Below are positions 37,337 through 46,635 of a stretch of 64,000 bases of DNA, piece after piece. The stretch is from Candidatus Omnitrophota bacterium (GTDB lineage Bacteria > Omnitrophota > Gorgyraeia > Zapsychrales > Fredricksoniimonadaceae). The DNA lies in the NCBI GenBank assembly GCA_903944345.1, contig CAJARJ010000002.1, positions 1,969 through 65,968 on the forward strand. Direction: 5' to 3'. The number at the start of each line of letters is the position of its first letter. The stretch's first letter is position 1. The position numbers were made by a program, and so were the translations under genes. The notes beneath the pieces were generated by a model that was given only the letters and a program-made list of their open reading frames with translations, was not told where the DNA came from and ran no database searches.

Positions 37337-38415
37337 AACAACTCCTTCAGCTGATTAAATAACTCGTCAACTTCAAGCAGACGAAGACAACTCAAATGCC
37401 GGCAGTCAGACATTCTGAAACGCCGGTAACAGGGCTGACAAGGCATTTTTTTCTGCACCACCGTATGTCCTGCGGCAGGAAATGGCCCGTAGACAACCGG
37501 ATCTACCGGACCAAACACGGAAACCGTTCGCGCCCCGCAAGCAACCGCAACGTGTAACGGGCCGCCGTCATTGGCCAGAACAAAACGAGAGTGACGCATG
37601 ACTGCGGCGGACTGAAGAACCGAAGTCAGGCCTGCCGCGTTGACAGCCGGAAATTTCATTGCTCCGGCCACCGCGGCACAAAGCTCTTTTTCGCCACAAT
37701 CACCCATCAGTATAATGGCCAGAGAGCTTTTTTCAACGACTTTGTCCGCCAGTTTGGCATATTCCCGGGCAGGCCAGCGTTTCTGAAAAGCACCCTGTCC
37801 CCAGCTGGCTCCTCCGCCCGGATAAACCGCAATAAACCTTCCGGGCTGCAAATGATGTTCCCGCATGAGGCCCCGGGCAAATTCCTCATCTTCTGTCGAC
37901 GGAAAAACCCGCATGGGCCAAGCTTCCTGCTCCGGCACCGTGCGCAAAAAACCCGCATGCTGCAACAAGTCCAGAGCATACTCCGCCACATGCCTCCCCT
38001 CGTAACCTTTAAAGGGAATCCTGTCAGTCAGCCAGCGCCCCCGGCCTTTATAATCGTAACCGATCCGCCGGGGGATACCGGCCAGAAACAAGGCCAGCGA
38101 CACCGGAGAACCCAGGGAACAGTCAAACGCCAGCTCAAATTTCCTGGCGCGGATTTCCTCAAGCAGCGCCTGCCAGCGCCGTAGAAACTGCCAGGGCGAG
38201 CGTCGATAAAGCGCCACAAACTCGTCGCGCTCGTAACGGAAAACACAGCTGATCCGCGGATCTGCGCGTAACAGCGGCTCGGTACGCGCATTGCCAAGAT
38301 AGCCGATGGACATGTCGGGACCATGCGCTTTTAACGCCGCGATCAGCGGTGTGGTAAAAAGCATATCCCCGATACCAAAAGGATTAACGATCAGAACGCG
38401 CGACAAGGTCGGCAT
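37333..38415 (-). CDS. ADP-heptose:LPS heptosyltransferase (GT9)
   Basis: VLIVNPFGIGDMLFTTPLIAAL and C-terminal LANDGGPLHVAVACGARTVSVFGP are GT9 hallmarks. Start MPTLSRV at 38415. Confidence 0.8.
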   Translation of the reverse strand: MPTLSRVLIVNPFGIGDMLFTTPLIAALKAHGPDMSIGYLGNARTEPLLRADPRISCVFRYERDEFVALYRRSPWQFLRRWQALLEEIRARKFELAFDCSLGSPVSLALFLAGIPRRIGYDYKGRGRWLTDRIPFKGYEGRHVAEYALDLLQHAGFLRTVPEQEAWPMRVFPSTEDEEFARGLMREHHLQPGRFIAVYPGGGASWGQGAFQKRWPAREYAKLADKVVEKSSLAIILMGDCGEKELCAAVAGAMKFPAVNAAGLTSVLQSAAVMRHSRFVLANDGGPLHVAVACGARTVSVFGPVDPVVYGPFPAAGHTVVQKKMPCQPCYRRFRMSDCRHLSCLRLLEVDELFNQLKELL

Positions 38416-39544
38416 AAATCCCCAGAGTTTCTTTGGCCATTGTTTCCCAGGAAAAATCACGGGCACGCAACAGGCCTTTTTCGATATAGGTGTCCCGTTC
38501 GGGAGAATTTCCCAGAAACAGGCCAACCGCCCGGGCAATCCCTTCCACATCATAGGGGTCAACCAGCACCGCCCCTTCTGCTGCATATTCCGGGATAGCT
38601 CCCCGGTCACTGGCCACCACCGGAACACCGTTGACAAACGCGTCCAGAATCGCCATCGGCACACCCGAATAAAACGGGGTCACCACTGACGCCGCTGCAT
38701 TGGCCTGGATCACCTGAAACACCCGGTCGGACACAAAGCCGGCGGCAATCACCTTGTCGCGAATTCCCAGCATGGACATTTTACGCAAAAGCCGGTCGTA
38801 ATGCCCTTCGGAACGAAACGTATTTCCGGTAAAAACAAAATACACATCCTGCTCCAGCTGACGATGCACCCGGGCAAACGCCTCCAGAAGCAGATCCGGA
38901 TTACGACGGCTGTGATCAAGCCCGGAAACCGCCAGGACATAACGACGCCCCTCCAGATGATATTTGGCCAGAATCTGCTGCTCTTCCCGCGGAGACATGG
39001 CCGTCTTAAGGTCGTTGTCGCAACCGACAGGCGTCACAGCTATTCTTCCTCCCGGCAACCGCCACTCCCGGGCCGCCTGGGCGCGAACGGAATCCGAAAG
39101 CGCGATGATCTTTGCCTCAGAACGGGACCAGAGCCATTGATCTGTCCGTCCACGCAATTCCTTCCAAAGGCTCTGCGGCGTCCTGCGTCCGCGGAAAAAA
39201 GGCAACTCAAAGATAGTAAGCACCGCCGGGCAAGGTGAACGAAAAAACGGCAGGAAGGACCGGATCGGGGCATGAAAGATATCGATCCCGTGCCGTGAAA
39301 GCAGCCGCGGCAAAACGCGTGCCGGCCAGGCATTGCGACGCGCTTTGCCAGGTCGCTCCACTACCCTGGTCACACGGGGTGAATTAATATAGGGTTCATA
39401 ATCTACACAAACCTTGTCCGGAGAAAACAAAAACACTTCCAGAGAGGCATCCTCAAGCAAAAGATGCTCCACCAGCCGGGACAAATAATGGGATTCAGCC
39501 GTCTTGCCTTCAGTCAACACCTGGGCGTCAAAACCTATACGCAT
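38384..39544 (-). CDS. GT4-family (GT-B, RfaG-like) glycosyltransferase
   Basis: MRIGFDAQVL start. C-terminal GT1 domain with an E..E-like motif (VVTPFYSGVPMAILDAFVNGVPVVASD). Paralogous to 41500..42663. Confidence 0.75.
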   Translation of the reverse strand: MRIGFDAQVLTEGKTAESHYLSRLVEHLLLEDASLEVFLFSPDKVCVDYEPYINSPRVTRVVERPGKARRNAWPARVLPRLLSRHGIDIFHAPIRSFLPFFRSPCPAVLTIFELPFFRGRRTPQSLWKELRGRTDQWLWSRSEAKIIALSDSVRAQAAREWRLPGGRIAVTPVGCDNDLKTAMSPREEQQILAKYHLEGRRYVLAVSGLDHSRRNPDLLLEAFARVHRQLEQDVYFVFTGNTFRSEGHYDRLLRKMSMLGIRDKVIAAGFVSDRVFQVIQANAAASVVTPFYSGVPMAILDAFVNGVPVVASDRGAIPEYAAEGAVLVDPYDVEGIARAVGLFLGNSPERDTYIEKGLLRARDFSWETMAKETLGIYADLVARSDR

Positions 39545-39716
39545 ATGATCTCCATGAATCCGGGTTAAAAACGATGCCCCTTGAGATGAAACCACCAATA
39601 AATGCCAAACAGGCGGATAATAAACCACGGCTCATATTTCGAACGATAAAACCAGAGCGGTGCTGCCAAAGAAAACCGGGATTCCAGTCCCCGCGTGATA
39701 TGCCAGATCTGAAGGG

Positions 39717-40592
39717 TCATTTATGCCCTCCTGCAATACGTAATAGCGTTTCCATCCGATGACGGTAGGTGTGCCTTGCATTGACCAGTTCCCAGCCCGC
39801 CCGCGCAAGGCTCTCGCTTTCCAGCGAAGCTACCAGCGCCCGGTCAATAACAGACTTGAGCTCTTTAGTCGTAATATCGTCAAACACCAGGCAATCTTTG
39901 CCCGGAGTAAAAAGCTCTTCAAATCCGTTATTTCTGATCCGGCTGGTCACAACCAGAGCGCCCGCCCCCATGGCCTCGAACGTCCTCATATTGATATCAT
40001 TGTTAATCGAATAATTAACAGTCAAACGTGACTGTGCGTAAATCCCGGGTAACTCTTCGCGTGGCGCGGTTCCCACAAAAGAATCGGGATACTCCGAGCG
40101 AATAAGCTCCAGCGCCACCTTGCGCAGACTGAATTTCCCGGTCGTTCCGACAAAAGCAATATCCCGACGGCGCTGCGCGAAAGGAACAAACAACGGCAAA
40201 GGAACGCTATAATCCGCCGCAGCCGGCAGCCAGTGCACCGGACGATTGAGCAGCCGCGATAGCCTTTCGCTCCCGTCTTTCTGGAAACAAAACAGATAAT
40301 CTGTCGCGCGGGCATTTGTCACAATATTGTTGAACGAATGTTTCAGGTGCGTATCGGCCACCCACCAGGCAAAAGGATGCAAATGTTCCAGCCCGCCCAG
40401 AGCATAATCACCGTCGTCCAGTCGCAGGTAAAGATCAAACCCGCCGCGCAAAGACGCGGCCGCACGCACATCAAAACATTCAAAAGTGATCCCGGGAAAT
40501 CCCGCAAGAACGCGAGCGCAACGTTCCCCGATCCCCACACGACAACCGGGATTAAAAATAAGCGCCAGCTTCATGCCAACCGGGCCTTCCAC
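39717..40592 (-). CDS. Putative glycosyltransferase (GT-B C-terminal domain, CgeB/DUF3880-like)
   Basis: C-terminal half (NMRTFEAMGAGALVVTS...LVFDD) resembles a GT1 C-domain. N-terminal half is unassigned. Confidence 0.45.
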   Translation of the reverse strand: MEGPVGMKLALIFNPGCRVGIGERCARVLAGFPGITFECFDVRAAASLRGGFDLYLRLDDGDYALGGLEHLHPFAWWVADTHLKHSFNNIVTNARATDYLFCFQKDGSERLSRLLNRPVHWLPAAADYSVPLPLFVPFAQRRRDIAFVGTTGKFSLRKVALELIRSEYPDSFVGTAPREELPGIYAQSRLTVNYSINNDINMRTFEAMGAGALVVTSRIRNNGFEELFTPGKDCLVFDDITTKELKSVIDRALVASLESESLARAGWELVNARHTYRHRMETLLRIAGGHK

Positions 40593-41503
40593 CAGGCAAT
40601 CAGATCAGCCAGCGACTGGTCCAATTCGTAGTCGAGCGAGAAACCCAGCGCCTTGAGCCTGGCGGGATTGCCGATAATGACCGGATTGTCAATCGGACGC
40701 ACCAAAGCCGGATCAGTACGCCAGCTGGCAGGAATCCCAACCATCCGGCAAATCCGCACAAGCAGATCCTGAAGGCTGATGCCTTCCCCCCGGCAGACGT
40801 TATAAATTTCACCGCTGACCCCTTTTTCGAGCACAAGATCATAGGCCGCGACCACGTCCCGGACATCGACCAGGTCGCGAACAATATCCAGATTGCCGCA
40901 AATCAGCATGTCCCTGCGGCCAAGGGCAATCTCGACGGCCTGCCGGACAAAAGAACTAACCACAAAGCGCTCGGTTTGCCCCGGCCCCAGATGATTAAAA
41001 GAGCGCGTGCAAACAATATCCAGTCCGTAACCGCGCGCATAAACCCGCGACAAATGCTCCTGGGCCACCCGGGCCACGGCATAGGGACTCATGGGATCAA
41101 GCGGATGCGTTTCTGCCAGCGGGATGTCCGCGGGACTGACCGGGCCATACTCTTCGGAAGACCCTACCGAAAGAATCCGGCAGGAGAGACCCGCGGCGCG
41201 CACAGCCTCAACCAGATTCAGGAATATATTGGTATTGTTGACAAAACAGTCCACCGGTTTCTGCCAACTAAGCCCGACGGAACTGGCAGACGCCAGATGC
41301 ACCAGCCGATCGGGCCGAAGCCTGGCGACAAGCTCCCCCAACGCCCCGGTATCCATAAGCGACATTATGTGTACACTAACCTCGGGCGGCAAACTTTGGG
41401 CCGCGGCCATATCGACTCCATAAACACTGTGTCCCTGCGCCAGCAGCCGGTCGCAAAGATGCCGGCCCACAAAGCCGGAAATACCGGTCACCAGATACTT
41501 CAT
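40571..41503 (-). CDS. NAD(P)-dependent sugar epimerase/reductase (extended SDR; GDP-4-keto-6-deoxy-sugar reductase-like)
   Basis: MKYLVTGISGFVGRHL (GxxGxxG), catalytic YxxxK (PYAVAR). SDR extended-family length. Confidence 0.7.
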   Translation of the reverse strand: MKYLVTGISGFVGRHLCDRLLAQGHSVYGVDMAAAQSLPPEVSVHIMSLMDTGALGELVARLRPDRLVHLASASSVGLSWQKPVDCFVNNTNIFLNLVEAVRAAGLSCRILSVGSSEEYGPVSPADIPLAETHPLDPMSPYAVARVAQEHLSRVYARGYGLDIVCTRSFNHLGPGQTERFVVSSFVRQAVEIALGRRDMLICGNLDIVRDLVDVRDVVAAYDLVLEKGVSGEIYNVCRGEGISLQDLLVRICRMVGIPASWRTDPALVRPIDNPVIIGNPARLKALGFSLDYELDQSLADLIAWWKARLA

Positions 41504-42663
41504 AAACGCCCCCTGGATTGTGCGGCCCGACAATAAACCGCATAGGTTTCCTGTGCCGTGCGGTTCCAGTCAAAAAAACGGACACGCTCCACGCCTCTGC
41601 GCCTGAGCTCTTCCCGTCGTTCAGAAGACGCACACAATTCTTGCAAGCTCTGTGCCAGCAGATCCGGGCGAGCCGGATCAACCAGCAACGCTGCCTCTCC
41701 CGCTATCTCGGGCACTGAGCCGCGATCATTGGCAATCGCAGGCACACCGCAGGCAAAGGATTCGGTCAAAGGAAGACAAAACCCCTCGTACAACGATGTC
41801 ACGACCGATACCTCGGCCCGGCTGAGCACGGCCTTCAAATCCCGGTCAGAAAGAAACCCCGTCACAATGACGCGATCCTCTATTCCCGCGGCCGCAATAG
41901 CCCCGCGCACCCGTTCAAAGAAGCCGTCCTGCCTGAGAATGCTGCCGGTAACCACAAGCCAGATATCCTGCGGATATTGCCGGCGAAATTGCGCAAAACC
42001 CGAAATGATAAAATCAGGATTGCGCCTCTGCTGGTTAAACCCACCCATGTTAACAATATAACGTTTGCCCGCAAGATCAAAACGTGAAAGAACTTCGTCT
42101 TCCTCTGCCGCCGACAACCGTACATCCGTGATGGCATCCGCGCCCAGATGCGTGGTGACCACATGCCTTGCCGGCACCCGGCACAAACGCACAATATCCC
42201 GCTTGCTCGCCTCGGAAATAGTCAACACCCGGGCAGAGGCATGCGCCCAAAGCATATTGCGCAGCTTGTAACGCAAAGCTTTGAAAGGCTTGCGAAAAGA
42301 ACCGGGAATGACCCAAGGAATAAGATCAAGGATGGAGACCACCACCGGACACGGCGCCCGAAAGAAAGGCCCGTCGGCGTTGAAGGGCTGATGATAGACA
42401 TCAATCCGGTGTTCTTTGAGCAGTGCCGGCATATGTGCGGCGGGCCAACGGCTAAGGTCTTTGGCTCCGTCGGGAACCGTAACCTTCGTGATCTGCTTTT
42501 GCGCCAGACAGCCAGCGTACTGCTCCAGCGGCTCGCCAGGCAGAAACAAGACCAGCTCGATCTTTTCATCCACCGAGGGCAGATGGCGCAAAAGGCGTGT
42601 AAAATACGCTACCCCGCCACATTTGGGAACAGTCAGAATACGGGCATCAAAACCGACTCTCAT
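41500..42663 (-). CDS. GT4-family glycosyltransferase
   Basis: MRVGFDARILT start, GT1 C-domain (VVTSLYEGFCLPLTESFACGVPAIAND). Paralog of 38384..39544. Confidence 0.75.
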   Translation of the reverse strand: MRVGFDARILTVPKCGGVAYFTRLLRHLPSVDEKIELVLFLPGEPLEQYAGCLAQKQITKVTVPDGAKDLSRWPAAHMPALLKEHRIDVYHQPFNADGPFFRAPCPVVVSILDLIPWVIPGSFRKPFKALRYKLRNMLWAHASARVLTISEASKRDIVRLCRVPARHVVTTHLGADAITDVRLSAAEEDEVLSRFDLAGKRYIVNMGGFNQQRRNPDFIISGFAQFRRQYPQDIWLVVTGSILRQDGFFERVRGAIAAAGIEDRVIVTGFLSDRDLKAVLSRAEVSVVTSLYEGFCLPLTESFACGVPAIANDRGSVPEIAGEAALLVDPARPDLLAQSLQELCASSERREELRRRGVERVRFFDWNRTAQETYAVYCRAAQSRGRL

Positions 42664-43454
42664 ATCGACGCTCCGGAAACCAGCTTGCCTTCACTGCGGG
42701 CTTTTTCCCAGATTTTTATCCAGCGAATCTGCGAGCCGATGACCATGCACAGACACCAGACAAGTCCGTGCAACCCGTCTTTATATCCGCGCTTTTTGAT
42801 ATACATCTTCCAAAAACTTTTGAGCGCTTTCCAGACCAGCTGGTCATGAATTTCCCGCGCGCTGACCGCCGAGCGTCCAGCCAAAAAAAGCGCGGACTCC
42901 TTTTCTCCGTAAAACAGTGCCCGCTCGATCATCTGCGATCCGGTCGAAAAAGGAAAATGATGAATCTCTGCCGCAAGCAACCGTGCGCCCCCCTGCAGCT
43001 CCAGATGATCATGCACATCAGGCTCGCGATAACGCGCCTTATCCCGGCGATACAAGCGCAGCAGCGACTGATACGCTCCGGCGTGCCTGACCGGACATCC
43101 GGCCAAATGATTAAGACGCATAAAAGAGAACGCAACAATATCTCCGGCTTCCTCCAACGCCTGGTGAATGGCGGCAACCGTTGCCGGTGGGAATATCTCG
43201 TCGGCATCCATCTGCAGAATCCAGTCATACGCGGCCTGATCCGCTCCGAAATTCCGCTGGCCGGCCAGATTGCGCTCCGACCGGTGGACAAACGTCCGCG
43301 CTCCAAATTCTTTTTGCGCAATCAAACAGGTATCATCGTCAGAAAAGTCATCAACCACAATGATTTCATCCGCCAAAGCGCACACAGATGCCAAAGCCTG
43401 GCGAAGGCGGGCCGATTCGTTTCTGGTGATAATTACAACCGATATCTTTTTCAT
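42660..43454 (-). CDS. GT2-family glycosyltransferase (WaaE/KdtX-like)
   Basis: MKKISVVIITRNESARL...IIVVDDFSDDDT...QMDADE. Paralog of 35418..36239. Confidence 0.75.
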   Translation of the reverse strand: MKKISVVIITRNESARLRQALASVCALADEIIVVDDFSDDDTCLIAQKEFGARTFVHRSERNLAGQRNFGADQAAYDWILQMDADEIFPPATVAAIHQALEEAGDIVAFSFMRLNHLAGCPVRHAGAYQSLLRLYRRDKARYREPDVHDHLELQGGARLLAAEIHHFPFSTGSQMIERALFYGEKESALFLAGRSAVSAREIHDQLVWKALKSFWKMYIKKRGYKDGLHGLVWCLCMVIGSQIRWIKIWEKARSEGKLVSGASI

Positions 43455-44092
43455 GGCCGTTGCAATACAATCAATCCGTTAGCTGCTTTGGTATACGGGA
43501 CATCCCTGAGCTCATCAATTGAAACCTGATGCCAGGCATTGTCTCTGGCGCCCGCGCTGCGGCGAAGACATCCAACCGAAACCCCCTCGAAAGCCTTCCA
43601 GTTGTCAGCTATGAACCGATCCAGGTTTCTGTTATATCCTGTCGGGATTGTGACCAAAAAAGACTGTGCCTCAAGCAACAACTTCCTGACTGCAAGAGCC
43701 GAAGCGTCAGGCTTGCTCTCAAGACTATATTCTCCTGTGCCAATATGCTCAAACGTTGAAATCGAAAGGATCTTTTTCCCGTAAAAAGAAATGTCAAACA
43801 TTGATTTCCTGATACTGACCCCGGAATGTTGATCTGTCGGATCAACAACATCAGCAATCCGCGCAGGCCAGTAATACGGAGTGACCGCCCCAATCTCCAT
43901 TACATCCCTGTCGCTTTCATGTCGGGACAGCCATGCATCCGCAAGAGCCATCTCCACCGACCTTTCGGTCATACGATAGGGCGGCCAGCCACAGTTAGTC
44001 TGATGAACAAAATGAAGATATTCTTTACCGTCAAAAGTAAACTTTAAACGATTTTCCCACCACTGAACTTGTTTGGGGCTGAGGAATAACAT
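43451..44092 (-). CDS. Hypothetical protein, possibly Rossmann/methyltransferase-like; start taken at internal Met 44092 to avoid overlap with next gene
   Basis: ORF with weak MTase-like strings (VMEIGAVTPYYWP, ILSISTFEHIG). No firm family assignment. Confidence 0.35.
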   Translation of the reverse strand: MLFLSPKQVQWWENRLKFTFDGKEYLHFVHQTNCGWPPYRMTERSVEMALADAWLSRHESDRDVMEIGAVTPYYWPARIADVVDPTDQHSGVSIRKSMFDISFYGKKILSISTFEHIGTGEYSLESKPDASALAVRKLLLEAQSFLVTIPTGYNRNLDRFIADNWKAFEGVSVGCLRRSAGARDNAWHQVSIDELRDVPYTKAANGLIVLQRP

Positions 44093-44139
44093 TGCAAAAA
44101 CCCGCTTGCGGTTGAAAACAACAAAACCGTCCCTTAAAC

Positions 44140-44298
44140 TCAGAACAACGTATAAATAAACGGTGCCACCGCCGAACTCTGGGCAAAAACCACCAAAAGG
44201 CTGAGTGCAACCAGAATAAAAAGTATCGGCGCCAGCCAGAAACGCTTGCGCTGCCTGAGAAAGCTCCACAACTCCCTGATGATCGCTATTTTGGCCAT
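44140..44298 (-). CDS. Small single-TM protein, DUF5989/SxtK-like (carbamoyltransferase-associated)
   Basis: MAKIAIIRELWSFLRQRKRFWLAPILFILVALSLLVVFAQSSAVAPFIYTLF is the recurrent small partner protein of NodU/CmcH-type carbamoyltransferases. Confidence 0.55.
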   Translation of the reverse strand: MAKIAIIRELWSFLRQRKRFWLAPILFILVALSLLVVFAQSSAVAPFIYTLF

Positions 44299-44370
44299 AT
44301 CAATTCTCCATTTAAGCGCCGACCCAAGGCCGGCCCTGTACACGCCTCGTTATTTGGAACATCGGCTCAG

Positions 44371-44769
44371 TTAAAACTGCCGCAAATAATCTTCCGCCGG
44401 TCGCTCGCCCTGTGGACGCGTATGCCAGTATGTGGACGCCGACGGATCAAAGCGACGCTCCAGATGATCTTTACGGATCAGCCGCAAGAAAAGAGCCACC
44501 GGCGTAAAAACCAGATAAAAGACCAGCGTCAGAATAATTGTGGTCACAACCGCCCCAATCCCGTGCGCCACCCGCATCCAGCCGCGGTAGCCCGGCCCCA
44601 AAGCCCGCGGACAAAAAATCGTAACCGGGAAAAAAACCGCCGCACAGGCCAGCAGCACCACCTGCGGCCAGCCCGGTCCGTGTTTGATAATCCCGCCCGC
44701 GGCAAAGACCAGGGCAATGACTCCCAGACCATACCCGAACACCAGAAGATCCCGCTGTCGCTTATTCAT
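44371..44769 (-). CDS. SxtJ-like membrane protein (carbamoyltransferase-associated)
   Basis: Start MNKRQRDLLVFGYGLGVIALVF. Two or three TM segments. Conserved position between the carbamoyltransferase and the SxtK-like gene, as in sxtI-J-K-type arrangements. Confidence 0.5.
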   Translation of the reverse strand: MNKRQRDLLVFGYGLGVIALVFAAGGIIKHGPGWPQVVLLACAAVFFPVTIFCPRALGPGYRGWMRVAHGIGAVVTTIILTLVFYLVFTPVALFLRLIRKDHLERRFDPSASTYWHTRPQGERPAEDYLRQF

Positions 44770-44773
44770 ACGC

Positions 44774-46603
44774 CTAGTCCAGTTCCCGCACAATATCTTC
44801 TTTGCTATATTTATCCCGCTCGGGCTGCTCGCGTTTATCGAGGATACAATGGCCAAGCACCAGAAAATCCATATCCGTGCACATAAAACAGCGATAAGCA
44901 TCCTCAATGGTGCAGACAATCGGCTCGCCGCGAATATTAAATGACGTGTTGATTATCACCGGACAACCGGTCTTGCGCTCGAAAGCCTTGATGACATCAT
45001 AATATTCCCCGTTACGCTCACGAGTCACGGTCTGCACCCGTGCGGAATAATTCACGTGCGTAACGGCGGGAATCGTGGAACGGCAAACCTTGAGGCTGGA
45101 GAGACCACGCGGGCCGCTAAGACGGGAATGCGGATCAACCTGGGACTCCTGCACCGGACCGACCAGAAGCATATAGGGACTCGCACAGGGCAAAGACACA
45201 TATTCTGAGGCTCTCTCTTGCAGGATACTGGGAGCAAACGGGCGAAACGACTCGCGAAACTTGATGCGCACATTCATGAGTTCCTGCATTCTTTTCGAAC
45301 GCGCGTCGCCGATAATACTGCGCGCCCCCAAAGCGCGCGGACCAAACTCCATTCGGCCCTGCACAAACCCCACCACATTTTCCCGGGCCACCAGCTCAGC
45401 GACCTGGTCATAAAAATCCGTTCCCGCGAGTCTGCGATACGGCGCATGCCGAGACTGCAGAAAAGCCTCGACCTGGTCATCTTCGATACCCGGCCCCAGA
45501 TACGAGCCCAGCTGCGTATCATTAACTCCGTCGGCCTGACGCGGCTGTCCCATATAATGATGCCAGGCAACAAGCGCCGCCCCCAGCGACCCCCCGGCAT
45601 CTCCGGCTGCCGGCTGTATCCAGACCTGGTCAAAAATCTTCTCGCGCACAATCCGGCCGTTACCCACACAATTAAGCGCCACGCCTCCGGCCAGGCACAA
45701 ATTCTTCTCGCCGGTTACCTCCCGCACATGCCGCGCGGTCCTGAGCATAATCTCTTCGGTCACTTCCTGGACAGAGCGGGCCATATCCATATAAAACTGC
45801 TCAAGCGGAGCCTCGGGCCGGCGCACGGGACGGCCAAACAAACGGTTAAACCGCGGGCCGGTCATGGTCAGCCCGGCGCAATAATCAAAATAGCGCATAT
45901 TAAGACGAAATGATCCGTCCGCCTTGATATCCACCAGTTCCCGCCGGATAAGATCGGCATAACGCGGCTCACCGTAAGGGGCCAGCCCCATCAGTTTGTA
46001 CTCGCCGGAATTAACCCGAAAGCCGCAATAATAAGTAAAAGCAGAATAAAGCAATCCCAAGGAATGGGGAAAACGCAATTCGCTCTCGAGGCGAAAGCGG
46101 CCACCGTTGCCGCGGCCAAAACTGGTTGTGGCCCACTCCCCGACACCATCCATGGTCAGAATGGCAGCTGAAGCAAAGGGCGAAGGAAAAAACGCGGAAG
46201 CCGCATGCGCCTCGTGATGCTCGCAGAAAAGAATTTCACCGCCAAAACCTGCCAGCTCTGCGGACAAGACATCCTTGAGGAACATCTTTTCCTTGAGCCA
46301 GACCGGCATGGCTTTAAGAAAGGAACCCAGCCCGGCGGGCGCGTAATTCAGATACGTCAGAAGCAGACGTTCCAGTTTCAAAAACGGCTTTTCGTAAAAA
46401 GCGGCGAGCGCCACGTCCTTAAGAGTGATGCCTGCCTCACGCAGGCAGAAAGCCACTGATTCTGCCGGAAAGCGGGCATCGTGTTTGCGACGGGTAAAAC
46501 GCTCTTCCTGGGCGGCCGCGACCAGCTGGCCATCCTTAAGAAGGGCGGCGGCACTGTCATGATAATAGGCCGAAAGACCGAGAATATACACCGGTTTGTT
46601 CAT
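44774..46603 (-). CDS. Carbamoyltransferase, NodU/CmcH family
   Basis: MNKPVYILGLSAYYHDSAAALLKDGQLVAAAQEERFTRRKHDARFP plus the C-terminal carbamoyltransferase domain. Start at 46603. Confidence 0.85.
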   Translation of the reverse strand: MNKPVYILGLSAYYHDSAAALLKDGQLVAAAQEERFTRRKHDARFPAESVAFCLREAGITLKDVALAAFYEKPFLKLERLLLTYLNYAPAGLGSFLKAMPVWLKEKMFLKDVLSAELAGFGGEILFCEHHEAHAASAFFPSPFASAAILTMDGVGEWATTSFGRGNGGRFRLESELRFPHSLGLLYSAFTYYCGFRVNSGEYKLMGLAPYGEPRYADLIRRELVDIKADGSFRLNMRYFDYCAGLTMTGPRFNRLFGRPVRRPEAPLEQFYMDMARSVQEVTEEIMLRTARHVREVTGEKNLCLAGGVALNCVGNGRIVREKIFDQVWIQPAAGDAGGSLGAALVAWHHYMGQPRQADGVNDTQLGSYLGPGIEDDQVEAFLQSRHAPYRRLAGTDFYDQVAELVARENVVGFVQGRMEFGPRALGARSIIGDARSKRMQELMNVRIKFRESFRPFAPSILQERASEYVSLPCASPYMLLVGPVQESQVDPHSRLSGPRGLSSLKVCRSTIPAVTHVNYSARVQTVTRERNGEYYDVIKAFERKTGCPVIINTSFNIRGEPIVCTIEDAYRCFMCTDMDFLVLGHCILDKREQPERDKYSKEDIVRELD

Positions 46604-46635
46604 GATGCCCCGTAATCCCGTTTTGCAAAGAAAGG

